Of a DNA stretch of 64,000 bases, positions 14,345 through 28,250 are shown piece by piece. The number at the start of each line of letters is the position of its first letter. The first letter of the stretch is position 1. The stretch is taken from NCBI RefSeq assembly GCF_006345805.1, contig NC_043000.1, positions 103,540,001 through 103,604,000 on the forward strand, given 5' to 3'. The notes under the pieces were generated by a model. It saw only the letters and a program-made list of their open reading frames with translations. It was not told the origin of the DNA and did not search any database. The DNA comes from Octopus sinensis. Taxonomy: Eukaryota. The translations under genes were made by a program, and so were the position numbers.

Positions 14345-15620
14345 CGTAGCCTATAGAAAGAGATATGAAATCTAGTTGTAAGGATATAAGCGATATCAAT
14401 GTCAATTTATACGCCAACACCAAACAGAGGAAGGAAGATAACCCTTATTTAATCCCCTATTTTAGTTCTAAAGGTAAATCTATGTCTTTCAAAGATAGTT
14501 ACACTAAAAATAAGGTAACTAATAGTAAAACCATTTGGTTAATTATTCCTTACAGGAGGCAAATTAAATCTAATCTTCCTTTGTAGTTTCGTGAAGCTAT
14601 TAGGAATTTTCCAAAGAATTCTAGGTATTACTCTATCATCTACTCACACACGGTTAGGATTGGTTTTTTTCCAACACAAAAAATATCTTATAAATTATCT
14701 TTTCACATAATATTAACCTGTTAAATATCGATACATTTACTAATACTAACATTAATTTAGCTAATACCATCCATCCCCCTAGAAATATTAATAACAAGGC
14801 CATTGTATCTGAAGTCAATTATAAGTTAATCAAGTTTATGTCAAGTAACTTTAAAATTAAAAATTTTATATATCAGTATAAAATTACTTCTGGTAATGAA
14901 GTATTTTTTATATAGGCAGCTCATCTCAGTTATCTAAAAGAATTTCTAATCATTACTCTACATTTAGAGATAGGAATAAACGTAACAGTACAGGGCTTAG
15001 TAAAATAATTTGGTATCTAGAAGACCACAATAAACAATTTAATTTAGATTGGTTGATTCTCTCAATCTCGATACCTTATGACAAAGGCAAGGAATTCTGT
15101 CTTCTCTGTAATTCTGAACTATTTTGTATTCCTTTGAAATAAAATCCCTTTGTGAACACGGTTATAGAGCGTGCATATCGATATAAATAATGGAAGAAAC
15201 ACACCTTTAGTTCATATAAGTGATATCAATCATTATATATAATTTAAACATTAATTTTCTTCTTACATTTCACATTCACTAGATATATCTTTTTCCAAGT
15301 CTATATGGTTTTATACATATAGTTATATACTTCTCATTTATTTGGTTTTTCTTTCCATTACCCCGCCTCTTTCTATACGCTACCTTTGACGTTATATCCT
15401 ATAACGTTTTTTTTTTAATAAACTTAATAGCGTTCAGTTAATCACTATACATATCGATCATTTTCTATTAAAATGTCTTATTGATGAGTTTCATTTCTTC
15501 ATTTGCCTGAAGAGAAAAATTACATTGTTTTACACCATTTTATTCTTTTGGAATAATACAAGTGAAATCTTCGAAACATGTGTCGGAAGTAAAATAATTT
15601 GAATAACACCTGCGTTTAAC
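14345..15620 (+). mobile_element. 5'-truncated Naiad-type Penelope-like element (GIY-YIG remnant plus terminus)
   Basis: Translates to FIYQ..FLYIG..RISNHYSTF..STGLSKIIW..FCLLCNSE with stops; homologous to the ORF at 39665. Confidence 0.8.
15501..15590 (+). ncRNA. Degenerate hammerhead ribozyme motif
   Basis: CUGAAGA 15507-13; GAAAC-AUGU-GUC 15573-84; stems I and II carry mismatches. Confidence 0.55.
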
Positions 15621-15635
15621 TCCATTTATTTATTT

Positions 15636-15697
15636 ACACATATATATGTATATTTACACATATATATGTATATATATATATATATATCTGTATATAC

Positions 15698-15731
<34 letters not shown>

Positions 15732-15739
15732 GTATATAC

Positions 15740-15836
<97 letters not shown>

Positions 15837-16022
15837 CATATATGTGTGTGCATATATATATGTATATATATTTGTATATATGTATATATATATGCATGTA
15901 TATATATGTACGTGTGTATATATATATATGTATATATATATGTATATATATGTGTGTCTGTATATGTATACATGTATATATATATGTAAATATATATACA
16001 TATATGTGTGTATATATATTTG

Positions 16023-16090
<68 letters not shown>

Positions 16091-16097
16091 GTGTGTG
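15636..16097. repeat. (TA)n/(TG)n microsatellite
   Basis: Direct observation. Confidence 0.95.
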
Positions 16098-16104
16098 CTA
16101 GTGT

Positions 16105-18309
16105 GTATAAAATCCATAGGCTGCTAATCCATAGGACAAATGAGTTTGTTCGGAGGATGAGGTGGATAGCTTACTATCATGAGGCTAATAAGAAAAATAA
16201 AACCCTAGAAGCATATTATTGAAGATATTCAAAAGCAAAAAAATTCCTCCACCTAGCCAACTACTAGAAAATTTTGCAAAAGACTTATTGGAACTAATAG
16301 CTAATGTAAAATTCAAGGCGCACCCACTTAGAAAAACTTGCATCTGAGGAAGCTTAAGGATTTTATGAAATCATTGCAGACCAACCAGGAATACTTGTAC
16401 CTGCGTATAAAACTGCAAACTTATATAGAATGGACTATAGGAGACTAGTAATGAAGGAACTCAACGCTAAATATAAAATAACGACGAAAAAGAATCAATT
16501 GGACATTAACTTAAAACTAAGAAAGTTATGATGGAATATGACTTAGCAGACAGGACTGAACTCTTAAAACCAAGTGAACCAAGGATTAACCTCAAGGAAC
16601 ATAAGAAGAACTTCCATGATAATCCTGCTGTTAGACTAATTTGCCCGACTAAGTCCGATATTACTTGACTTGACAAATCTATTCTGGATACTATACTACC
16701 CCTAATAATTCCTAATCTATCTCTCAAATTATGATTTGATACGGTTGAAGTAATACATTGGTTTAAATCCATTGAAAACATACGTAATCATTCGTTTATT
16801 CAATATGTCATTAACAGTTATTATTCCAGTATATCTTCTATTCTTCTTAACAAATTTCTAATTTTCTCAAAAAACCTCTCTCTTATAACTAGAGATAAAA
16901 TTGACGCCATTCTTTTAGCCAGGAGGACAATCAGAATTTGAGGGTAAGCTTTGGACGAGGTCTGATACCCCTGATAATTTCGATATAGCTATGGGCTTGA
17001 GTGATTCGGCTGAAATCACTAATCTAGTTGGTGCGTATCTTTTAAGGTGCTTCAACAGAGAAATCCCTGAATTGCAGGGAGGTTTATATAGAGATGATGC
17101 TCTATTTATCATCCCTGGCAACAACAAATCAGTCATAGAACGAATGAGAAAAAAAAATTGAAAATTTTTTAAAAGCTTCAACTTAGGTACTACGTATGAA
17201 TACGGTACAAAGGTAGCAAATTTCTTAGATACTATTTTAGACATTAGCTCAGAATTATACCTATTTCTTTACTACCCACAAGGGGCTAAACACAGAGGGG
17301 ACAAAGGATTAAGTCGATTATATCGACCCCAGTGCGTAACTGGTACTTATTTAATCGACCCCGAAAGGATGAAAGGCAAAGTTGACCTCGGCGGAATTTG
17401 AACTCAGAACGTAGCGGCAGACGAAATACCGCTAAGCATTTCGCCCGGCGTGCTAACGTTTCTGCCAGCTCGCTCAGGATTATACCACCCATATAGGAAA
17501 CCAAGTGAAGTTACGAGATACGTGAGCAAATTATCAAATCACCCCACTAATGTGTTAAAATTGGTAGTTAAAAGTATTTCTAGGAGAATTACAAAATTAA
17601 CAGCAAATAAGGATATTTTTAATACCCATTCCCACCACTACAACTTTGCTTTGTCTGAGGCAGGATAAGACCAGAAAATTACTTTTCTTAATCCTGAAAG
17701 TATAGTACCTATTAATAGTGAAAATAATGAGAGCTTGAGTGATAGGGGGATTACTAACTTACTTAGTAGTGAAAACATACCAAATAGGAAAGCATTCTAC
17801 AAATCCAACAATTTAAATAATAATAAAATAAGCAAAAGCAGGAAATTAGATGCTAAAACTGGTAGGAAGCTTAGGTTAGATAATAAAGGTAGTGAAGAGA
17901 ATGAGCTGGTTACTCCACCCTACATAGATATGAAAAATATTTTTAATGGTGACATACCTAATAATCATGTCACGATTCTGGAGGAGAGAGGCAGTGAAAG
18001 AGCAGGTAGATCCCGCCTTTACTTACACCGTAAGTTTGAAAGTAAGGATCTCGTCTGCTTCAACGTTCCTTACAACTGTGCCATATCCACAAACATATAT
18101 AGGAAATTTATGGCTATTTTAGAAGAAAACTTCCCTACTTCCCATAGATATAACAATTTTTTCCCTTAAGACAGAATCTCGTATTCTACTCTTCCTAATA
18201 TGGGTGCCATCATAGCCAAGTTAAATAAGAAGAATATAAAACTAGCAAGAGGTGATAATAATAATAATTTTATTATTATTATTATTAGTATTATTACCTC
18301 TTTATCATA

Positions 18310-18347
<38 letters not shown>

Positions 18348-18510
18348 TTATTATTAACCTTATAGAAATAGTAGATACGGGTACGAGCTGTGGTCTATGG
18401 AAACATATGAGATTTTTAAGCATAAGGACAAGAGCAACCTGATTAACAATACATTAGATCTAAGGGTATCTTGTGTACAAAGTGTCACCCGTACATTTAA
18501 ATATTTTCGA
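16105..18510 (+). pseudogene. Naiad-type Penelope-like RT ORF, decayed
   Basis: FVRRMRW, VPAYKTANLY, KEHKKNF..PAVRLICPTKS, FDIAMG..AEITNLVG, GLYRDDAL, ANFLD, SNHP, C-terminal NLIN..DLRVSC; GIY-YIG core missing. Confidence 0.88.
17262..17471 (-). mobile_element. tRNA-derived SINE family 2 (octopus OK-like, tentative) inside the PLE RT
   Basis: 15-bp TSD GCTCAG(A/G)ATTATACC at 17247-61 and 17472-86. Confidence 0.9.
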
Positions 18511-19759
18511 AATTAGCGTTTTATAGGTGTTGTGCTCGAACTGGATTGATGGAAACTAATTTTTAAATTTTAGTGTTGTATTTGATTATACTTACCGTGA
18601 TATTGATTTATATGATGAATTAAAGTACATTGCATATAATATAAGCTATTTAGTATAGCAAGTTAGTGTGCTGCATAGAGTTACTATCCTATGAATATTC
18701 CTGCCTAGTTAGTCTAACTTCATCATGGTTTTAGTAATTAAACTATTTATTCCTTTCCACAGTGTTCCACCCTACTGATCATATTTTTATAAAGCCTTTT
18801 ATGTAAGTAGACCTCCTAATTATGTACCCTTAGGAAACTATATTATCATGTATGTATTTGCACTGATAACTTAACAACTTATACCTCTTAGCTCATAATT
18901 GATATATAGTTAGAATGATTTATTTGGTCAGTATTCCATTAGTAAATACTTAGATCAGTCTTTATAGATACCACCCAATAAGTAAATAAAGAATATGAAT
19001 GAATATTATACTCATTCTATGTAATTTTCTCTCTCTATTGTTGAAAATTTTGTTATATATACAAAATTTAGCTTTTTGGTTATATCTTTCTTGATAATCC
19101 TAAATTTTATCTTTATACAGATAACAATATTGTTTAAAATCAATCACCTATAGTACCCCTTGATAAAATTTCCTCTGTATTATCATCATTGGTTTTATTA
19201 GCGTCTTGCTCCTTTAAATGGTAATTAAAATCTTGATTTGAGCTCTTCCACTACCCAGTCTATTTATAGTCAGTTATTTTATACTACTTCAAAATAATCT
19301 TGAAGTTTTATAACCTTACCCACTATGTTCTGTCAACTCTCTCCTGTCCTTTCCTGACAGACACAATCCTCTAGTCTTAGATCTGGTAATTGATAGAGAA
19401 GACTATTAAATTAAAACTGACCTAAAATCCGTTACAAGCTATGACCGCCAACAAATGTTTTTTTCTTGATGTCTAGTAAATTCTAAGCTGAAGTGGTGGC
19501 AGCATGGACTTTGTCTGTCTTCTTACTCTATTAGAGTATTTAAGTAAAATTATATTAATGTGTCCGACTGATTAAAAAATTCTATTTATTTATTTATGCA
19601 ACTGAGGATAGCCCTGCATTTAAATTGATATAATGATTTCATTGCTCAATTAAATGAAGCCGCTTGATTTTATTCACCTTATTTTGAGTTGTACGGATAA
19701 TACCGCACTAATTTTTGGTGTTTCAACTTAGGTAACTTATTCAACTGAAACTCAATCAT

Positions 19760-20133
19760 GTGTGAATATATATGTATATATATACATGTGTATGTATATA
19801 TGTATATATGTATATATATGTATATATATATATATGTATATATATGTATATATGTATATATGTATATGTATATATGTATATACATGTATATATGTATATA
19901 CATATGTATATGCACATGTATATATATGTATATGCATATGTATATATATGTATATACATATGTATATATATATATATGTATACACATATGTATATATATA
20001 TATATGTATACACATATGTATATATATATATGTATACACATATGTATATATATATGTATACACATATGTATATATATATGTATACACATATGTATATATA
20101 TATATGTATACACATATGTATATATATATGTAT

Positions 20134-20176
<43 letters not shown>

Positions 20177-20215
20177 ATATACACATATGTATATATATAT
20201 ACATATATATACATA
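19760..20215. repeat. (TA)n/(TATG)n microsatellite
   Basis: Direct observation. Confidence 0.95.
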
Positions 20216-20217
20216 AG

Positions 20218-20435
20218 TTAACTCAGCTGTAGAAATGAGTTGCGACATCACTGGTGCCAAGCTGTATCGGCCTTTGCCTTTCCCTTGGATAACATCAGTG
20301 GTTTGGAGATTGGAGTCTCGTATGCATGGGCGACTGCTGGCCTTCCATAAACAACCTTGGCCAGTCTTGTGCCTCGGAGGGTAACTTTCGAGGTACAATC
20401 CCATGCTCATTCATAACCAAAGGGGAACTTCTCTC
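20218..20435 (+). mobile_element. SINE family 3, 3' half
   Basis: Matches the distal part of the copy at 38679-38994. Confidence 0.8.
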
Positions 20436-20485
<50 letters not shown>

Positions 20486-21262
20486 TTTATGTAGATGTGT
20501 GCTGTATGTACATGTACTATTCTATGGTGGTAAGATCAACAAAAAACTACTCCATCTGGTGGGAGATAAATATTATCTAATAGACACAATACATGTTTCT
20601 ATATGCTTCCTTCACAAATTTCCGCGTTCCTTCTCATTCAACTTCTTGTTCGTTATGATATGTGGTTTGTATCTGATGAATATGTTTAAGATATTTCTCA
20701 ACATATGAAATTATTAGTAGCACATAAAAACGTGTTTAATCTATTAAATAATAAAATTATATATATATATATATATATATTTATAATAGGTGTAGGTCGT
20801 ATACGTGTGGGTATATATTTATAAAAAAGAAGTTTGAAAACGCCACTATATAAGATAAAGTGACTGCTGCTACTGCCATTTCGGCCACTGGTCATTTCCT
20901 TATTTTATTCGAACACATAAAACAGCTATTATGCTTACTCCCACAAAAAACCACCACGTGGATTCTGTTGAGACCAGTAAGAAAAAATTATGAACTTTTT
21001 TATTACACTTAACTTTTTAAAATATTTTTGATAAGGTTCGTTTTTCAAGAAGAACCGTAACATGTAAGATTTCTAAGAAAATTAAAATTTATCTTATATA
21101 GTGGTGTTTTCAAACTTCTTTTATATATATATATCATTATCTCTTATTAAACTTTTAATACTTTTGATATATATTTAAAATAATATAAATTAATTAATTT
21201 TATGTATTGGCTTAAGATTTTCATTGTTTGATTTGCCTAATAGTGGTTTTATCTCTAATTTA

Positions 21263-21358
<96 letters not shown>

Positions 21359-23179
21359 CGCACATTATATATGTATATATATTCATATATATGTGTGTGT
21401 GTATATGTATATGCAAGTATGTGTACGTATATTTCGTGTTAAAAAATGCTAAAAAGCTGCAGTACTTCATCTAAGGGAGATCTCTTTAAAGATTGCGTTA
21501 AAAAACACAGCATACTTCAAGGCCGACAAAACGAAATTGACCTGAAATTGAATGAAAGCAACAGATATCAATATTTTGTGATTATTTCTATTTCTCAGTG
21601 CTACGTACTCCTCTACTTCTGAAACTATTTGCCTTAACCAGCTAGAGGTGAATATACAAATAGTGTAATATTGCTGATATGTTTATTTAATAGAAGTATT
21701 TTTGAAAACAGTATTTGAAATGCTTTTGCGCTTGATATGCATGGTGTATGTGGAATTTTTATACGCCTTAACCTGATTAATTTACTACCATTTTATATAG
21801 AAATTAATACTTATGCTCTTGAGTTTTCCTATCTATGCTAACAAAATCATTTCCTTACGCTTATGCTTATGAAATGATGGATATGGTGCGCAAACTGTTT
21901 CTTGAATGGTTTGTGTCAGTTCAATATATGATTTCAGCACACTGTTATCTCTCACAGAAGCTTGATACGCTATCTTCTTCATGTTACAAATGTTGGAATG
22001 GTCATTCAACCTTGGGTATGCAATTAAAAGACATTATGGTTAGAATTATGGACGTATAATTTAGTTCTATATGTTTTGACAAAATACTTTTCTTATATTA
22101 GATGTGGTAGAATATGCAACTTACGAAGTTTCTGTTAATAAATTTATATGTTTAACAAGGAGGAAAATGTCTGTTTAACAGATTAAACATGGCACAACAG
22201 TAAGACATTATTGTTTAACTGCTTGAGCTAATAAGGGAACCTCTACTGGTAGCTTGACTTGCTAAAATTTTCAGCCAAACCTCATTATTATGCTCTAGCA
22301 TTTTAAAAACGAGAAGGATGCATTAAACAATTGTGTAATACAATGTCTGAGAAAAGCTCTTCCCTCTCACAGCTAACTAGACAGTCAGACCTAAATATAT
22401 TTATTTCTAGAAAAACCAGCAAAAAAAAAAAACGAAGCTAACAAAATATTCATCAAACACAACAGTGATCTTCACTTACAATTTAATCTATCCCAGTAAA
22501 TTCTATTTAGAGCTAAGCAAACAGGTAATGACTCTAAACGTTCATACTCTGAAGAGATATGGACATTAACTGCTCTGTCAGTAGTTCTCCAATGATTGTG
22601 ATTTAAAGAGAAAATCTACTAATTCGGATTTCAGTATTTTAATTCATTTTTCTTCTTAATGGACTGTCAGAAGAGGAAGAACAGCGCCCATTATTCTTCA
22701 GATTGACAAGGAGCAAGGAGAGCATTTTTATACTGGCGACCTAGTTCTGAACACTAGCAAACGGGTGTATACTGCTAAAAGCACTCAAGGGCCAGATGTT
22801 AAACTGAGCAGTAATTTGTGTCTGCCATCCACTAGCTCTGACGAGCTTCCACAGTTTGCAACCACCAAATTTCACTCACAAGGCTTTGGTTAATCTGAGG
22901 TTACAACAAAAGACATCTTCCTAAAGAACCAAACAGTGAGATCACACCTAAAATTACATAATTACAAAGAGAATTTCACGAGGAAAGAGCCATGTTTGCA
23001 TTCAGAAAAAAATATCAGTACAAACACTTACCATATCCTCAATATAGTTTCATTAATGATGTTGGCATTGCTTTTATCTACGACTTACTATGCATTTTAC
23101 ACAGTCTGAAATATATAAACATCATCATTTTTGTATTTAAGTGGAGTCTTTGTAATTGAATACTTAACAATTATATCAA

Positions 23180-23390
23180 ATTTTGGTACAAGGCTGGCCA
23201 GTTTGGGGGAGGTGTAAGTCGATTACATTGACCCCCAGCGCTTAAATGGTACTTACTTTATCGACACCCGAAAGGATGAAAAGCAAAGTCAACCTCAGCA
23301 GAATTTGAACTCAGAATGTAAGGATGGACAAAATGCTGCTAAACTCTTTTTTGCCCGGTGTACTAACGGTTCTGCTAGTTCGCTGCCATA
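23180..23390 (-). mobile_element. SINE family 2, diverged
   Basis: CCGAAAGGATGAAAAGCAAAGTCAACCTC..GAATTTGAACTCAG block. Confidence 0.75.
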
Positions 23391-23431
23391 TAAATATTTG
23401 ATAATAAAATAACAATATTAATAATATTAAT

Positions 23432-24100
23432 ACTTTCTTTATTAGTCACAAGGAGTGCAAAAAACATTTAGGACTATACAAAGACAAGTTCAGTGGGGAG
23501 TTACACCTGAAAAAGGTGATGAGGAATGGTTGAAAATATTTGTCTTCAGTCCTTTCAGTCGCACCCACTACACAACCATTTTTGTCATATGCAGCAGACA
23601 GGAAAATTGACTGACTTTCCCAGCCAAAGTAAGGCGGTGGGGCGATCTTCACAATGAAGACAGCTGATAGCTGGATCCGTCCTGCACAGGACAACAACTG
23701 TTCAACATGCTTCCACAAGTCAGCAAAGCTTGAGCACAGTACAAGCGCATGCAGAATGGCTTCGTCGCTCCGTGTATATCTTGGGCCAGTGCAGCTGACG
23801 ACACTACCATGCCTGTATAAATTATCCAAACCGACAATATCCCTTATTGTACTGCCAGGTCAGAAATTTCTGGAAATTAGCCATGGACGCCGGTCAGAAA
23901 GGACTTGCCAATTGATTTTCATCGATGCCTAAATTTTCCCGAATACGTTGTCGCTCTTCCCACCAATAATCTTTTATAGAACTCTGTGGTGAAGCATATG
24001 CCGATCGCATTGCCCGACTGGCAGAAGGCTGTGAGTTCCTGATGGTAGTCAATGTTTCAAGTGCCCCGCTTTGGTCTACACTCGATCTGGGATTGTAGGT
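23432..24100 (-). mobile_element. L1/Tx1-like LINE, 3' fragment
   Basis: DEAILHALVLC..LWKHVEQLLS homologous to the C-terminus of the 28-33 kb element; tail at 23432. Confidence 0.8.
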
Positions 24101-24309
24101 CTGTCAAAAAAGACGAGTGTGTTTAGCCCCTTGTGGGTAGTAAAGAAATAGGTATATCTTTTGGCTTTATAATCTGAGTTCAAATTTCCCAACGTCGATA
24201 GAATAAGTACCACTTAGGCACTGGAATCAATGTAATTGACTGACTCCCTCTCCCAAAATTTCAGACTTTGTGCCCTATAGTAGAAAGAATTATTATTATT
24301 TGGCATTTT

Positions 24310-25797
24310 CTAGTCTTGTGCTAAAATTAGAACTATTTTTTGGCATTTCTTCCAGCTCTTTTTTGTGCAAAGAGAGGGAGACGCAATAAAGCTGGCCCCT
24401 CCAGAGGGAACAGTCAATGATAAGAGTGATAGGACAGTGGTGTACCGCACGCAAGCGGTCCCCACCAATAAAATAGAGATCTTATCAGAGGATGATGTAG
24501 AGGAATGCTTGGAACCCCTAATGAAAAAGGTAACTTTTGTAAGCAGAGGAAGAAAATACGGCACGGTGGAGGTGAGGTTTGCCACCAAAGAAGAGGCGGC
24601 CTCATATTCCACCTCTATTCTACGCTCTAACAAGGTAACGGTGCTGCCCACGTATTGGGGGCAATGCAGTGTTTAGATTCGAATAGGAAGAGTGTCACCA
24701 GAAATAATGACAGAGTGGTTGGTGGCAGCTATTCTGGCTTCCGAGGAGAATCCCGAATTGGGACCAGTAGGAAGAACGAGCATGTTGGTGGGGATGCAGT
24801 GTCGAGATGTGGCTTTTTGCCACTTTCGAAGACATAGAAAGGATCCCTACCAAATAGAGATTGTGGGAGAAAGTTCCCTCAAAGTAATTGTTGAGGGTCG
24901 TCGACCCTATTACGAATGTGGAGTGAGAGGCCATATGAGGACACAGTGCCCTAAACACGAACATCCTCATGGTAAAAAGGCTGTGGATAAAGACCAAGAA
25001 GGTGAGATTGGAGGACAAATCGAAGCAAAGAAAGACAGAGATGGCAAAAACGATACAAAGTGCGCTTGCATCTCAAGTAAAAACGAAGGAAGACAGAACG
25101 AAAACGGTAAAGGAGGGGAGTGACGGGTTTGTCAGCCCCAAAAGGAGAAAAAAAGGCAAGATCAAGAGAACACTCGCAAGGACCAGCAACAGAAACAGAG
25201 AGGATGTCCAAAACAGGTAGGGAGCCAAAAGAGAAAGAAGTTAAACAAGGCATTCTTAATCTACTACGTAAAGAGTGTAGAGATAGAAAGGAGAATATGA
25301 AAGTGGAAGGGATTAGTAAGGGTGAAGCTGCCCAGAGAGATATTCAAAGAGAATGAAAGGTGTGTTCTACTGAATGACGAAAGATACGACGTGTTCATGA
25401 ATTCATATCGTGAATTGGTGACTATGTGACGGGCCTCTGTTGTATAATGTCCTGCCGCCGTGGTGGAATATATGAAGATATGAGAAAATTTAGAACATAA
25501 CTATATGATATAAACAATATAAAAAATGATGAAAATGTGAACATTTTGCTTCTTAAAGAAAAAGAAAAAAAAGAGGAAAAACTGTCCAAAATCAGGTATA
25601 AATGTAACCACTCGACTTCGGGGATCGACTGGGCATTGCGCATCATTTTATCATTATTCATTTCATTCGTTTCTTTTAATTTTTTCTTCCTTGCTCGATT
25701 TCTTTTTTATATTTCATTTCCCCGATTTTATGTTTTGTATTATCTTCTGTATTGTATAAACCCCTATATTTAGCCTCTTGTGGGCAATAAAAAAAAA
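24310..25797 (+). mobile_element. Internally deleted L1/Tx1-like LINE (ORF1 plus 3' end)
   Basis: ORF1 GTVEVRF..VLPTY..CGVRGHMRTQC knuckle homologous to ORF1 at 32.4-33 kb; tail TTTAGCCTCTTGTGGGCAATAAAA. Confidence 0.75.
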
Positions 25798-25930
25798 CAA
25801 GGACGTTGGAGTTGCCTTGGCGCAGGTTTGCGCTCTCTGAGTGCTGTTGTTAATTTATGTTTTCTTATTTTCTTTACATACATGTATGATACAGTGATGC
25901 ACAACACCCTCATATGGAAGACAAACATAT

Positions 25931-26345
25931 ATTTCTTTACTGCCCACAAGGGGCTAAACATAGAGGGGACAAACAAGGACAGAAAGACGGATTAAGTCGA
26001 TCACATCGACCCCAGTGCGTAACTGGTACTTTATTTATTGACCCCAAAGGATGAAAGGCAAAGTTGACTTCGGCTGAATTTGAACTCAGAACGTAACGAC
26101 AGACAAAATACCTACTTCTTTACTACCCACAAGGGGCTAAACACAGAGAGGACAAACAAGGACAGACAAACGGATTAAGTCGATTATATCGACCCCAGTG
26201 CGTAACTGGTACTTATTTAATCGACCTCGAAAGGATGAAAGGCAAAGTCGACCTCGGCGGAATTTGAACTCAGAACGCAGCAGCGGAACAAATACCACAA
26301 AGCATTTCGCCCGGCGCGCTAACGTTTCTGCCAGCGCGCCGCCTA
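25931..26345 (-). mobile_element. Head-to-tail dimer of SINE family 2 inserted as one unit
   Basis: 15-bp TSD GGAAGACAAACATAT at 25916-30 and 26346-60. Confidence 0.85.
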
Positions 26346-26767
26346 GGAAGACAAACATATTCCAACGGATTTTATGCCAAAATATTTTGCAGCAAAATGC
26401 ATTTTAGAAGGAGAAAAATACTGATATTTCTGTGGAAAATAGAGCAAAGTTAATCCCGCCATGGTCAAATTAGCCTTTCATCCTTCTAGGATAGCAATAA
26501 AATAAAATGCATTCCAAGTACGTTGGTGCTCTATTTGACTGTCTCTACGCCAAATTCCTAGCCTTCTACGAATAATTAAGTTTTTATGATCATTGTTATT
26601 GTTAGTGTAATTTCTATTATACTATATCAATATATATGGCGTGTCAACAAAGTAAAGATATTGAACCACTCAAAATAGATGTACTTACGTATAACGAATA
26701 GGGTACAGATATGTATACATATCTGTACCCTATGAACTGACATATGGCTTTTAAAAAGACAGATTTA

Positions 26768-27180
26768 TGGATCTTTTCGGTTTGAACGGCAGTTTTTTAA
26801 AATAATTTCCACGTAACTAAACACTTTTAAACTTCGTATATTGGTAGAATGTGTTTATAAAACATCTTTTTCTCTTGGCTTTATAGAGAAAGCTCTATAG
26901 TTTGTTAGATATTTGTTGCTTTTTTTCTTCAATTTCTGCAATTTCAACCAATCAATGACGTTTATTGAAGTGAAAACATTATGTGCCGTATGAATATGTC
27001 CCTCGTTTAAGAAACAGATTGGGTTTATTTTCATTTCTGAAGAAAAAAAGATACCCTTCCCCCCACCCCTAACCCTAAAACAGATAGAAATGCAATAGAT
27101 CGATACTAGGGTCATAATTATGGGTGACAATTTGATATGACACCGCTAGAAAAAACTGCCGTTCAAACCGAAAAGATCCC
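26768..27180. mobile_element. MITE with ~30-bp TIRs
   Basis: GGATCTTTTCGGTTTGAACGGCAGTTTTT inverted at both ends; flanks agattta/aggttta (possible 7-bp TSD). Confidence 0.8.
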
Positions 27181-27208
27181 AGGTTTATAACCAATTCAAA
27201 TAGAAGTA

Positions 27209-27423
27209 CAGTAATCCTTCGCCATATCGCGATTCACCTATCGCGGTTTATTATTTACGCTTTCGTCGATCCACCGTAATGTTGTTTTGCATTTGTAATA
27301 AAATAAATATATACAAATTATAAAAATAATATCCAGTTCAGTACTGTTTCTACTTCGCGGATTTTCACCTACCGCGGGTTTTTTTTTTTTTAATTAACGC
27401 CCGCAATAGTCGAGGGATTACTG
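27209..27423. mobile_element. Tc1/mariner-pogo-type MITE
   Basis: TIR CAGTAATCC(T/C)TCG, TA on both flanks. Confidence 0.8.
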
Positions 27424-27445
27424 TACTATATAAATGGCTACTTAC

Positions 27446-27481
27446 TATTTTGTCTACGATTACAAGCTTCGTTTTTACATT
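27446..27481 (-). CDS. Candidate 36-nt phase 1-1 micro-exon (CKNEACNRRQN)
   Basis: Acceptor ttttttccattgcag, donor gtaagt, open frame. Confidence 0.55.
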
Positions 27482-27574
27482 CTGCAATGGAAAAAATAGA
27501 TAAATTTTCAAGTCTTGCGTGCTTCAGTAATCGGAATATAATACAGTTCTATATCTAAGAGATGAGGAATTATG

Positions 27575-27715
27575 TACATTATTTACATTTGATGAATATT
27601 TGTCCTCATCTTGTTTGTTGTTAACACAACGTTTCGGCTGATATACCTTCTAACCTTCATCAGGTGTCTGCGGGAAATTTCAAACCTGGGTTCTCATTCC
27701 TAAGGTATTTTTCAA

Positions 27716-27748
<33 letters not shown>

Positions 27749-27960
27749 TATTATTCAGGAATCGAACTTGGAATCTAAGGTTTAGTAGCCCGCGCTCTTA
27801 ACCACTACATCCACGGGCATATGGCGTAGTAGTTAAGAGTGCGGGCTACTAACCCCAATTCCCCAAGACACCTGGTAAAGGCTGGACGGTATATCAGCCG
27901 AAACGCTGTGTTAACAACAAACAAGATGAGGACAAATATCCGTCAAATGTAAATAATGTA
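27575..27960. mobile_element. Palindromic element: inverted ~110-bp arms with hammerhead-like cores around inverted tRNA-like heads
   Basis: 27575-27685 inverted at ~27855-27960; inner IR 27783-27808 / 27826-27851. Confidence 0.75.
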
Positions 27961-28250
27961 TCGGAATATATATATTTTATACTATATAATTCAGTGTCGC
28001 TTAATTTATGAGTTCAAATCACACCCAGATCAAACTAGCTACTACTTTTTTTAATGCGTTTTTCCCCTCTGATCGAGAAAAACATAAAATCTCATGTATT
28101 CTGTGGAATAGCAGAGGATGATTCTACGAGAAAGGAAGAGTACTCTAGCTCGAATTTGTTTATTAACAGTTTTGTCACTAAATTTTTCAGGATCGAATAG
28201 GATATATTCACTCGTGTCAATTGACAAGATTAATTTAACTTGTAGCAAGT

